Assembly: GCF_964355755.1 (NCBI RefSeq)
Contig: NC_092679.1
Span: 20,443,432-20,507,431, forward strand
DNA from: Antedon mediterranea
Lineage: Eukaryota > Animalia > Echinodermata
DNA: 64,000 bases
Direction of reading: 5' to 3'
How positions within the stretch are numbered: the stretch's first letter is position 1; the number at the start of each line of letters is the position of its first letter. The translations under genes and the position numbers were made by a program. Shown in pieces: positions 1 through 13,300 of the stretch. The notes under the pieces are model-generated. The model did not search any database and was not told the origin of the DNA. It was given only the letters and a program-made list of their open reading frames with translations.

Positions 1-1395
1 AAAAAGAACAACATGCATATTTAATATATATAAAATATAATTTTACTTCTCGCTGCCATTTTAATGAAGATCAATACATAATATTTTAAAATCAACTTTT
101 TTTTATGAGTATTTTACTCTTATACATTAAAAATACAAACCTAAACGACAGGAAAACGTGTCGCGACAAACATTTGTCATTAACGTCCGTGTGTACAGTG
201 GTTACAAAACTATGTTATTATTATTATGAATTCATGTGGCGTCACTCTGGAATGTAGTTTCAGAATTAATAGTAGATTCTACTTTGTCGTTTAAACTGTA
301 CAATTACAAAATGAGGAAAATCTGTATTTGCCCAGCAAAACTTTTTCCCGAAAACATGCTTTTTACAAATTCTACAGGTCATGTATAAATGAATATTGTG
401 ACGGCGATCGATGTGCGTGATTCATTGTCCTAAAGGTCGTGTCAAATGAAAACTTAGAACAAATCAGCATAAGACATAAGTTTGTTGTTCAAAATTTGTT
501 TACCTGATTTCTGGTTAGACGATACTTTTAAAATACCTAATAATAATAATTTAATAAATGGCATGCTGCTGGTTCATCAATTTCATATCTAGGTTGAAAA
601 ACTAAAACAATGTTAGATTTGCCTCCACAAAATTAATTTTTGTCATAATTTCAACTGCATGATTTAATCTGTAGTTCTTTATTAATATAACCATGGATGT
701 ATTTATACCGCCATGATATAACTTCATTCAAAAGTTTTTCTAATTTCAACTGCAAGATTTGTAACTATAAGGGACTGTGTAAAACTCATTCTACTGCAGG
801 TACTGCAGTATACTACATTTTGTTACTGTTTATTGCAGTGACTGCTTATAAACCTCCATATTACTGTTTGTACTTAAATTAATTAAATTAGCATGATGGT
901 TTTTAAAATCTTGAATTTAAAAAAAGAAAATGGTTCAAATTATTTTATTGAATACATTTTATAAAAAAACAAAATAAGAATATTCAAGGTTAGATACGCA
1001 CATTAGAAAAAATTGTCAAACATTTTCAAAAAGTTGAAAATTCATAAAAAGTGTCTTTGATTATTTCAATGATTATTATGCATTTAAACATTTTGAAAGT
1101 TTTGTAATTTAACCATTACTGCTATCAAGGTAGTCATAGTTCACCTCTGACCTCTAAGGTCACATAATTAAACACTTCCTGACCCACTATCAAATTAAGT
1201 CAAAAACTTGTACTGAATTTGTATTTTTTACAATAAATTTTACACACAGGAGAATTTTACAATTTTTTAAGGCTGTACATCTTTGTAAAATTCAGTTCAA
1301 AATTGCTAAAAACAAGATACACCACAATATAACAATATTCAAAATAGTTTCTTTGTTTTCTTATCTAAAAATTACGGTTAGAAAGGTTTTTCAGA

Positions 1396-4300
1396 TCATA
1401 GATTCACTTCAAACGTTTTTACAGCATTTGCGAATGGGTTATTTGCGTTCTCACTGGTTTGTTTGGTGTCGTCGCCGAATGCTTCCCACCGGGCTTCAAA
1501 GTTCTCTGGTTGCGGCGCCGGTTTCATTGCCGGTAAACTGTTTGACATATCGTTCGTCCAATTCCCGCCGAGCCCGTTCTGCTGCACTCGGTTTGCGTCC
1601 GCACCCGTGCTGTTTGCATTGTTGTAATTAGGCGGTACCGTTGAGTGCACTTGGGCTGCAACCACCGTGTTCCCCGTGGCCGGGTTGTGTCCGTTCATGT
1701 GTCCGTTTCCTTCTTGTCCGAGAAACGGATTGTTCGACTTGTGAACGGGCATGTTTATTGTTTTCTGTGTTTCGGTTTCTTTCGCCCATGGATTTGTTTG
1801 TCTGATTGGTGTGGCGGTTGGTTGCAGTTGTACATGAGCTGTAAATAAACGATCATATCAACTTTAATTCAAATATAATGTAACAGACACGTTTTCACCA
1901 CAGAAATTAGCATACTTTACTAATTTTAACAATAAATTTTTATCTGTTTTTGCATTCAACTTTGTGAATATCGAAACTTTATGTGACAATTTTTTTTACA
2001 TTACACAGACGAGTGGTAAGTGGAAAACTTCGTACCTTGTCCCACATAGAATTTGTATCTATCGCGTCCGCTCCGTTTGTTTAAATGGTCATAAGGAATA
2101 ACATAGATTATATATTTTTATTTACCTTTGCCGCTTATCTGTGTGAATTGGCCTTTAAACAAATTGTTTATCACCCTTTACGCTTTCTCAACTACTAATT
2201 TCTCATCAACCAAATTTACTGTATGTGAAGTATGGAAACTTTTAATAATTAAATTCTAGTATAATCCAACACCCAAATTTTCCACTCAGATACCCTGCGA
2301 CTTCTGTACATACCTGGCCATACAGTAGGTTTTAATTTAAAATATTGGCACGAAAATAATTTATTGCTTTCACTTTTAAAACACAAAAAATAGTAATGAC
2401 ATATTTTTTAAACAATTCGTCATATTATTTACAATTGTAAACTTTAATTTTGTTCAGGAACAGAGTAGCTCAAGGCTGCCTAGAGGAAATCAACCATGAC
2501 CTGCGACATATTAATTTTCTTGGCCATTAATAACTCTAGCAATAGCATATCACTAGCAGTAATTTAAACAGCTGCCTTTATTGAAATTTGCAAAAGGATT
2601 TATTAAATATGTGAGTTGGTAAGCTGATATTGGCCGCAAATAGCACAGGAATGTTGTATGATTTTTACTATTGGAATTTTAAAAGAAGAAAAAAATATCT
2701 TAAAATTTCCTGGTTTTGTGTATAGCAAATAAATCAGAAACTGAGCTATGCTTGGCAAACTGCAGTGAACCAGATAGAATTTAAGAGGGTGTGATATTTA
2801 ATGTTTTGGCCCATATTGAAAATCTCTAAAATCAATATGCATGGTTTGTCAGTGCTGTATTTAATTACCCAAAACAATTATATAACTTGCAAAAACTTAT
2901 ATACCTTTACAAACAAGCATACATATACAAACATAGCAAATTAACAACATTTTATTTGAATAAACGTCTCCCTCAAATAAATGCCCCCATAGCTGAACAT
3001 CATTTGGAATAAACCATGGAGTAAAGAATAAACGCCCCCTCACATACATTTATATACAATATTGATTTCGATTTGTTGAAGAATTCATTCAATTCCATGA
3101 TCTACAATTAACCAAGTATTTCCATACAATTTTTACTGTATTTTTATCACTTCTTGATATTAATTGTGTTTTTTCCTTTTTCATATCCAGGAGGTATTTA
3201 TTTGATTATACACGATACCATATTACACCCAAAAAAATAAACACTTCCCCCGAATAAACGCCTCCCTTTAATAAATTCCCCTAAAAACCCTCTTGAACTA
3301 TAAACGCTCCAGGTTTTTATTCGAAACGGTAACAGCATTTTGCCAAGTAAATACAATTTGTATTGTAGGCTATTAATACACCCCCACAGAATATTTTCCA
3401 TGAAAGACAATTACACATCCTGTGCATCTTCCTCCCAACACCCCTTCCCCCTCCCCTTTTAACACCCACACACATAACCATCATCTTCATTCATCATTTT
3501 TGGGTTACTTTTAGCACATAAATATATTCTTTTTTAGAAACATTTCTATTAGGTGGCATTATCATTATTATTTCAGCCTTATAAACTTTCTTTAGTTGGT
3601 AGAGACGAGACAAGGACATGATGTAAAGAGCCTATGGTAATGATGATGATGTTACTATATTTTTATAAAACAGTATTAAGCCAAATTTACACAGACGAGC
3701 GGTAATTGTAAGCAGAAAACCGCATGGCTTGTCCCGCATAGAATCTGTATCTATATCCTGAGCATAAACCGTCCGTCCGCATTGTGTGCAAATCGTAAGG
3801 AATAACATAGATTCTATATTTGTTATTCGTTACAACTCGTCTGTGTAAATTGGCCTTTATGGAGGATGTGTAAAAATAAACATCCTCTTGTATTGAAAGA
3901 CCTCTATGTGATAACACTTTGCGTTAATTAGGCAATTTGTCTCAAATGCTCAAAGAGATTGACAAACAAAAGCTATTTGTGTTAAACTGTAATGTTATTA
4001 TGATAGCTGCCTTGAACATATAAATAGATCCTACAGTCGTGTAATTATAAAACGCAAACTTGAAATGACGTAGGCTTTAAAATTTGTTTATAATCATTTG
4101 AAATCTCATATTTATTTTGAAAATCGTTTTAAACTTAAAATAGATTCTGCAGTCACATAATTCTAAAAGGAAAATTTGAAATGACGTTTGAAAACCATTT
4201 TAAACTTAAAATAGATCCTACAGTCACATAATTCTAACATGAAAATTTGAAATGATATAGGCTTTAAAATTTGATTATAATCATTTGAATACAGAAATAT

Positions 4301-7300
4301 TATATTCATTTTGAAAACCGTTTTAAACTTTACGCAACTGTTTCAGCATAAAGGTATACTGTATGTCTGCTGGGATTTTTATTTTACTGCATTATTGAAG
4401 AGACCGTAAACGAGAGAGACGCATAAGTATTGCTGTGAAATATCGATTACAGACTTAACTGGTAATAAAACAAGAGTATAAATAATGCAGAAGCCTTAAT
4501 AAAATAATGGCGTGTGACACAACTGTGAAAAATACATTTTAAAATGTGCAGTGCAGACAAGTATCTGAAGTAACTATAACACTAAAAGCAGTGTATGTTT
4601 AAACAGGGTCAATTTCTGTTTCAGCAGTGGAGTAACTATTCTGTTCAAAATGTATTCGTACAATGCTTGCATATTAACAAATTTAATCAATGATCTTAGG
4701 CCACACAATGTTCCAACCCAACCACTGTTTCTTATGTAGCCCCTTAATGAAGTCAGCAACCTGTGCTGATATAGACATATATATAACATAAAGGCCAATT
4801 TACACAGACGAGCGCTAACGGTAATAAAAATATAGAATCTATGTTATTCCACGTGGAACAAATGGGTGGTTTCTACTCAGGATACATACAGATACTATCT
4901 GAGACAAGCTATGTGGTTTTCCTCTTACCTTTACTGCTCGCCTAAATTTATTAAAAGTGTTATAAATATACCGATTCTTAGTGTATATTATTAAGTGTAT
5001 CACACATGTGTGCAGTATCATGGAAAGTTACATTAAAAGTTAGATATATGGTCTATGATATAATGTAACATGTGAATTTGGGAATTTTTGGTTTTCTTTT
5101 ACCTATAAACGGTTACTTACCTTGCGGCAGAGGCCTATTATTTTGGACCAACGGTGTGGAAGACAATGGCTGGTTCTCTGGTTGTTCCTGTATTAGCTGG
5201 AATAGCCCCTGGCTCAGTTCCTGACACATGCCAGCTATGTCTGTTTGTCCACCCTCAACTTCATGCTCGGCAACTTCTTTCTGTTCGTGTGTTGGGCTGT
5301 GAATTGGTGATACTGAGAAAGAGCAATTTGCATTACAAGAACAATGGTTAATTTGCATAAAAATAACAATGATTAATTTGCATAAAAAGAGCAATGATTA
5401 CTTTGCATAAAAAGAGCAATGATAAATTTGCATAAAAAGGTGAAAAAAATAACAATCATTGAAGAAAGAGAATTAGAAAAGAAACTGTTCGAATGGCACA
5501 ACACAGCAGCTTATATTGTAACTTATAGTGCCACAGTTACTGGTATCGTATGTCTACATTACAGGTGTTTATTGCATCAGTATATTTTCATTTTATAATG
5601 TTAATATTATCATCACAAAAAGCTTTTAATAAATTTATTCGCTTCAACCAATTGGAAGAAACATTCTTTTTATGGTAGCACTAAATCATCCATTTATAAA
5701 ACATACATACTAGATTATGCCAATATATTCACTATCCCTCCTTTGGGGACAAAGACACCTTTATTTAAGGGACACCTCCATTCAAGGGACATCCCTATTC
5801 AAGGAACACCCTTATTCAAAGGACACCTCTATTCAAGGGACACCTCTATTCAGGAGACACCCCTATTCAAGGGACACTTATATTCAAAGGACACCTCTAT
5901 TCAAGGGACACCACTATTCAAGGGACACCTCTCTTAAATGGACACCTCTATTCAAAGGACACATCTATTCAATGGATACCTCTCTTAAATGGACACCTCT
6001 ATTCAAAGGACACATCTATTCAAAGGACACATCTATTCAATGGACACATCTATACAAGGGACACCTCTATTCAAAGGACACCTCTATTCAAAGGACACCA
6101 CTATTGAATGGACACCTCTATTCAAAGGACACCTCTATTCAAAGGACACCTCTATTCAAAGGACACCTCTATTCAAAGGACACCACTATTGAATGGACAC
6201 CTCTATTCAAAGGACACCTCTATTCAAAGGACACCACTATTGAATGGACACCTCTATTCAAAGGACACCTCTATTCAATGGACACTTCTATTCAAGGAAC
6301 ACCTCTATTCAAAGGACATCTCTATTCAAAGGACACCTCTATTCAAGGGGGGATCTCTATTCAGGGGACACCTCTATTCAAAGGACACCTCTATTCAAGA
6401 GGGGATCTCTATTCAGGGGACACCTCTATTCAGGGGACACCTCTATTCAAGGGGGGATCTCTATTCAAGGGGGGATCTCTATTCAGGGGACACCTCTATT
6501 CAGGGGACACCTCTATTCAGGAGACACCCAATTAATAAGGGAAACCCTTTTACAGGGACACTACTTAGTACTATTCTGTGAATCAAACGATTCAGGGGAC
6601 ACTCCTATTTAGAGGACATTTCGTTGAGACCCAAAAGGTATCCCATTAATATAGATTCTACTATAGCGTGCAACATATAGTATACCATAACAAAATACTC
6701 ACATTCAGTGTGTGTGTGCAACGACTGCTGCTGCCTTTGCAACGTTGAGGGCAGTTCGTTCAATCGTAACGATAAATTCCGTTTGAAGGGTGACTGGGTG
6801 TCCAATGCCGGAAATAAACGACATGACCCTTGGCGTTGAAGTAACGAGTCTGGCGCGTGGCGTCGAGGAATGGCGTAAGGATTTACCGACGCACCACCAG
6901 GTTGTGTCTCTGAAATTAGACCATTTATTGTTAAAAAAAGACCATACAGTATTATATATATTATATATAAAAATAAACATAAATAAATAAGACCATATTA
7001 TTGTTAAAAATGGACATAACTAAATTAATATGGGTAGTTTTTAGCTAATAGTAATAGTGTCTGGACGATGTAGCCTATATTAGAAACTAGACAGGTTGTT
7101 TACAGTCTGGATGACATAGCCTATTGAACCCAAAACACTATTGTTTAATAATGATCCTATAATTGGCTATACCATTAAATTTTAAGGCGTAATTCTTTCC
7201 CCATGGGATAGATTAAGCTATTCAGTTTCAGGTAAACACAATGATTAATACATCAACTTCATTATGAAAAATACATTCACAAGGAGAGATACAGTAGTGA

Positions 7301-10300
7301 CTCAAGGTAGATAAGACAAGATAATGTAGGTCGAAGACGCATCAAACTTGTACTTTTTTTTAATGTATTTATGAAACGTGACTGATTGATAGACAATAAT
7401 ATTCTCAAAATGTTATTATCTAAAAAAAATTATGTACAATATTTAGGTACTGTACATATAGAGCAATTTCCTTGCTTTACAGTATGATATAAACAAAATA
7501 GAGGAGGGGGGAAAAAAAGAAGGTAGATTTTCCAAGAACTGCTACTGTACCATTTGTGGAGAGGGAGATTCAATCTTGCTCTTCGATGAGAAAAGGATAT
7601 TGTTGGTTTATCCAGAAAAGCTAGGCACGAAATAGACAATTCTTTTAAATATACTGTATAAATGGGTGCAAATGTATGCATGTTATTTGCATTTTATAAT
7701 TTTGATCTGTTCTATCAAAGTATGTACTTGTCTCACAAACTATAGAAACAGCTAAATCTGAATTTCAAATTTTGTGCAACCTTACTGTATTCAAATAACT
7801 TTCATTATTTCTATGAGAAATTTATGCAAATTTCTGTTTATTGTTACACTTGAGCTTTCAGTAATGGTAATCTCTGAGGTCAAAGGTCAAAGTTCATATA
7901 TTCTGTCCCTGTCCCATTAAGCCTGGATAAGGATATACTGTACTGTATCATGACATGGTAACATTTGTTGTTGCATTGGTCGACACCACTTTTACAGTAA
8001 TGGTGGTTAGCTGCCATTTGTTAAACAGCGCCCTCTGGAATCACCCCAATTGTGGTATTATACCATACCTCCATTTTCTTTGTTTCTCTCTTCTTCCGCT
8101 TCTGCAAGTTGTTCCGTCATCGTCGCCTGCCGGAATGATCCCTGTCGTGTGAAAGTTGTTTTGTTGACGTCAAATTCTATTTTGACCCCGCATAGTTTGT
8201 CCCGTTGCTGTTTTCTTTCTAAACAAGCTGCAAACGCACAACCAACAGCATGGCTAAGTCTTTCCCCCTAAAAAAAAAAAAAATATGTAGAACATTAAAG
8301 GGACAGAGACCCAACAAAGTGACTCTTAGAGGTGTCCCCTTGATAGGGGTTGGCTGTAGTGTTAAAACATATTGCCCCACGCTCTTCCATGAGAAAGTGT
8401 CCAGTTAATAGGGTGTTCTCTGAATGTCCTAAAAAGAGGGTTTACTTAATTTATGATAAAGAATCTTATTAAAATGTTTTATTACAGGCATGTTTTGCAA
8501 ATTTTGAGAATCCATTCCATCTTAAGAATCAACAAATCTGATTTCTTAAATAGAATTATTTATTAAGAACGCATCGCTAGCTCACATTAGTACGATATTA
8601 ATGGCAGCATATGCATAGTCAACTCATACAAACAGCGTCATAGGGACGTAATTTATTATGTTTGTATTTTACAGTGCATATTGTATATTATATCTACCTC
8701 TTGTGTGCATCCCGTTTATGCTCCTTGGAGGAAAAAATGGATATTTGCATAATTAAAGTATATTTCAGCCTAGTATGAATGCAAAACCTGAGGAGTTCAA
8801 GATTTATCTGAAGAGCCAACTTCTCTCAATCCGTCTAGGTTTGATTAAATTCCTAACTCTTTTGCGCATTGGTTTAGCCGTAGCCTATTACTAGTTTGAA
8901 ATATACAAAATTATATACTGCACCTATACTTACTAAATATTGTATAGGTTTTGTGTTGTTAAAATGTCACTAGCCCATCATTTGTTACTAGCCCATCATT
9001 TGTTACTAGCCCATTGGGGATAACAGAATTGCTAGCCCAGAGTATTTTACGATATGGAATTAAGTAGTAATTAACGAAGTCTGGATATCTAGACAAATGG
9101 CATTCCATACATACAGTATGCATTCAGAAATTCATAAGTAAAAAAAAACTATTTTCTTCATTGCAACATTTTCACTCACTGGATCTCGTAAAGATTGAAA
9201 ACAATGACACAACCATCTTCTTGTGGTACCATCTCGACAGATGTAGGAGAAGCCCTTGTCATGGTTACGGTCTGGTGCACAAAATGATACCTTTTCAATC
9301 GTTTGGTCTACAAGAAGGCCCTACAAAGACAAAGAAAGTAATTATATATAATTATATATTACTATACTTATAGTATAGCTGTTTTTAGTTTTCTCTTTTT
9401 GTTCAATATTTGATTGATTGATTAATTGATATTTATTTTTATTAAAGATATATTGTCGCCCTGAAAAAATATTTTTGTGAAATGTTTTCTAATTGAGTCT
9501 GTAATTTTAATATTCCAATAATTTTAATTAATTAATAGGCATTCACTTTTTTATTTTCAAAATTATTTACCTGAAGAAGGTACAGTACTGAACATCAAAA
9601 TATAAATATTCCATTAAAAAAAATGTATTCATTGACAATATTTATATAATAATTAATTAGTGCCTGTAATATAATGTTTTTCTTTAGCCCGCCTTTTGTC
9701 AAAACCTAATTTTATAAACTGAATATTATAATTATATTATTTTGGCAATTATCTTGACAATAAAGACATGTAGAAATTTACATAACAATACAATAACAAT
9801 ATATTCATATGCAGGATATTGTATACTGTATAAATAGGAGATTATAATATCAAATGCTAATTAAAATGATATTGAAGATTTAATAAAAAGTAAATTTATA
9901 CAATGTCGAAAGCTGACACTACTGTAGGCTGGTAATATTAAGCAATATGTAGCATTTATCAATAAAATTGTATACAGTAATAAAATTAATTATGCAAAAT
10001 TGTGTTTATTCTCATATGTAAGTTGTAGATTAAAATTATAAAAATGAGATTGAACATTATTGTCAATGTTTTCTACAAACTACAGAAAATTCGGTCCAGT
10101 TATTGACGCATGGAAATGGATTAAACACTACGGAAACATAAACTAAGCAAAATTATAATTTGGTTCAAATTTATGAGAAACGCCTGATAACTTGAAACGT
10201 CCCAGTAATAAAAAGGATAAATTTACAATAGGATTATCAATACAGTACATGATTTATTCTCATCTCTATATGGATTAATTTATGTCATGACTTACAGTAT

Positions 10301-13300
10301 TCTCATCTCTATAATGGATTAATTTATGTCATGACTAATAATCCCATAGGCTATAATGGATTAATTATGTCATGAATTATTCTCATCTCTATAAAGGATT
10401 AATTTATGTCATGACTTTAATCCCGTCTCTATAATGGATTAATTTATGTCATGACTTATTCTCATTTATATAATGGATAACTCTATGTCATGACTTATTC
10501 TCATCCATGTAATGGATGGCCACAACCAGTCAATCATAATAATTTTAATCATCTTTATTTCGGTAATGAAAAAACTTGTTCTTCTGCGTTCTTCCTGTTC
10601 CTCGACAAAGCCATAAAATAAGTAATTTGTAAAGCATCATGGATTAATTTTGAAAGTGGTAACAGGTTTTAATCTTAAAACATTTCAATCTAAATTTAAA
10701 AGATAATCCAGGTTTTTAAAATGATTATGGAAATACGTTAATTAATTAAAAACATCAGACTTTCAGATGAAAATGACTTTGTTTAAATCAGTTGAAATTG
10801 AAAAAAGGTCAAACACCAAGATACATTTCATTATTATATGTATAAAATGTCCAATTTTAATGAAAATTGCAAAGAAAATATTTATAAAATGTTTTTTTTA
10901 CTACAGTACAGCATTAGAATTATTCTTTCTTCTATGATTAATATTAAAAAAGTGTAATTTAGAATATTTCAATAAACCATGCATTGTTTTTTTAAACAAA
11001 TAGTATTATTAAAATGTTTTTTGTAAGTATTTACATTTTTTCCAATGTATTTTATATGTATTATTTTCTTGTCATGAAAGACAATTTTTGAAAATGTTTT
11101 ATATGTAAACATTTTTTTTTTTTATCTACAGTAAATTACTGTTTAGTCATTGTTTTATTTATTCCATGTTTTAATTTAATTATTATGCAAAACATTTTTT
11201 TTTATTTGAAAAAAAAACCGATGGTTTATTGTAGATTTGAATGTATATTCCATTTAGTAAATCTTGACCCTTGTACATATAGACATTTAAACGTAAAGGA
11301 TATACAAATATCTTTTACGTACCAAAGCTAAAAGGCTATTAGTGATAAATTGGCTTCATCCATTTAAAAGCATTAATACAGTATATTTCTTACATAATGC
11401 CAGATTTAATGTCATAGGGTATGGGAGGTTAAGGTATCTTTTGTAGTGTGGTAATGTAGCGTTATCATAGCTTCAGGGAAGATGTATGATAACGGAGGGA
11501 TTTGAAAGGAGGAAAGAAAGGTGGGTGGGGGAGGGGGTTTGGGCAAGATGTCTATGTACAAAGTATCTTAAAAATCAGGATGCTTAGTTCTCGAATAGGA
11601 TGGGAGGGACGGAACAGAAAAGGAATGTTATTGGTACGGAGAAGAAAAGAAAAGAAGGAGAAGAAAGAAGGAGAAGAAAGAAGGAGAAGAAAAGAAGAAG
11701 AAAAGAAAGAAGAAAAGAAGAAGAAAAGATGAAAAGAAGGAAACGAAAAAAAAGAAGAAAAGAAGAAAAGAAGGAGAAGAAAAGAATAAGAAAAGATGAT
11801 AAGAAGGATAAGGAAAGAAGGAGAAGAAAAGAATAAGAAAAGATGATAAGAAGGATAAGGAAAGAAGGAGAAGAAAAGAATAAGAAAAGAATAAGAAAAG
11901 AAGAAGAAGAAAGAAGAAGAAAAGAAGGAGAAGAAAAGAAGAAGAAAAGAAGAAGAAAAGAAGATAAGAAGGATAAGGAAAAAAGAAAAGAAGGAGAAGA
12001 AAAGAAATTAATAAAAGAAGAAAAAAAAGCAAACAATTATCTTTAAAACAGTATAAAGAACAAGGAAGGGATAACATCCTCTACAGTAATTACCTTTTTA
12101 TCATCCTTATTAGTACTGTGTAACTATCGTTTAATTAATCCTTTACTATATTGGTTGGTAATTTTTGTTAATGTAATTTTATTTCTAAGCTCACTCTGAG
12201 GTATTATATCCACGCCTCATAAAATATGATATCTGAGTAATATACAATAATAAAGGAACAAATCAAGATAACTAAATGTCAGCAAGATAGTGAATTATTG
12301 ATAGATTATATTTTGACAGGTTGATGAGAGGAATTGAAAGAAGGAATTTAAAGTAATACAGAATGATAAAGTATAATGACAAATTACATTAGATAAATAA
12401 TAGTTCAAACCTTAGCGTCTTCTTCCACAACTCTTAGACTGTCCGATGCAACCCATAAGATTGCCCGTACTTTCTTTTTTCCATTCTGCAAGAAAAATGT
12501 TGAATTAAACAAAGTTAAAGATCTATTGTCCCCTAAAAATATTTTTTTTATATGCCGTTTTGAAAAAAAAATAATCAGGAAGTCAATGGGTTTTTGGTTA
12601 AATTTAACTGTTTATTTTGTCTTTTTATAAGGGAAATCATTATTTTGTCCCAACTTTTAGTCACATGCAAACGCGACTCTACAGCTCACTATACAGTAAT
12701 ATGTCGGTCAGTTGGTAAACACTAATTTAAATTTGCGCATGTGACTGCAGCCATGTACAGTATATGGCCAGGTTTTCTATGGAAGTGGATTCTGCAACTA
12801 AACTGCAAAATGTTAGTAAAAAAGTATATATTAAAAATCTGATCTTTTATATGAAACATTAATATTTCTAGTATTCCGACTAAAATCACAAAGTTATGAA
12901 TCATAACTAGAAATCATTACTGTATATTAAAACTATAACAATTATTATACTAATAATAATGAAGAAGATCATCCCTGAAAGAAGAATACACAGTAATTAA
13001 ACTAATAATGCATATTTTATGAGAAGTCCCCTTTTATGGTAAATTTGCTCATTCAACAGATTTCCATTGAAAATGGTAAAATTACAGATTTGTATCCTAT
13101 TTCAAAGGTAGGCCTACAAACTGAAGTTATTGAGGAAATCAATAAGTTGAATTGACAACAGAATTGTTGGTAGTGCAATAGAATACTGTACTGTAAAAGA
13201 AACATGTTGTATGTTTACTACTTTAGTCATGGTTCACACCAGAATACTAACAAACTTGCACTGCATTTAAAGTACATTATTATTATAGTTATTTATATAA

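Noticed and set aside
5745-6530. CRISPR-like appearance of the regular short repeats (also 46972-47522)
   Set aside because: Units are directly adjacent with no unique spacers, there are no cas genes, and the context is eukaryotic intron.
5717-6612. Overlapping plus-strand ORFs up to 272 aa ([17 protein letters not shown] repeats)
   Set aside because: They are translations of a 17-bp minisatellite within a numb intron; the same peptide appears in all frames.
11502-12077. K/E/R-rich and F/L/S-rich ORFs
   Set aside because: Artefacts of the polypurine tract.
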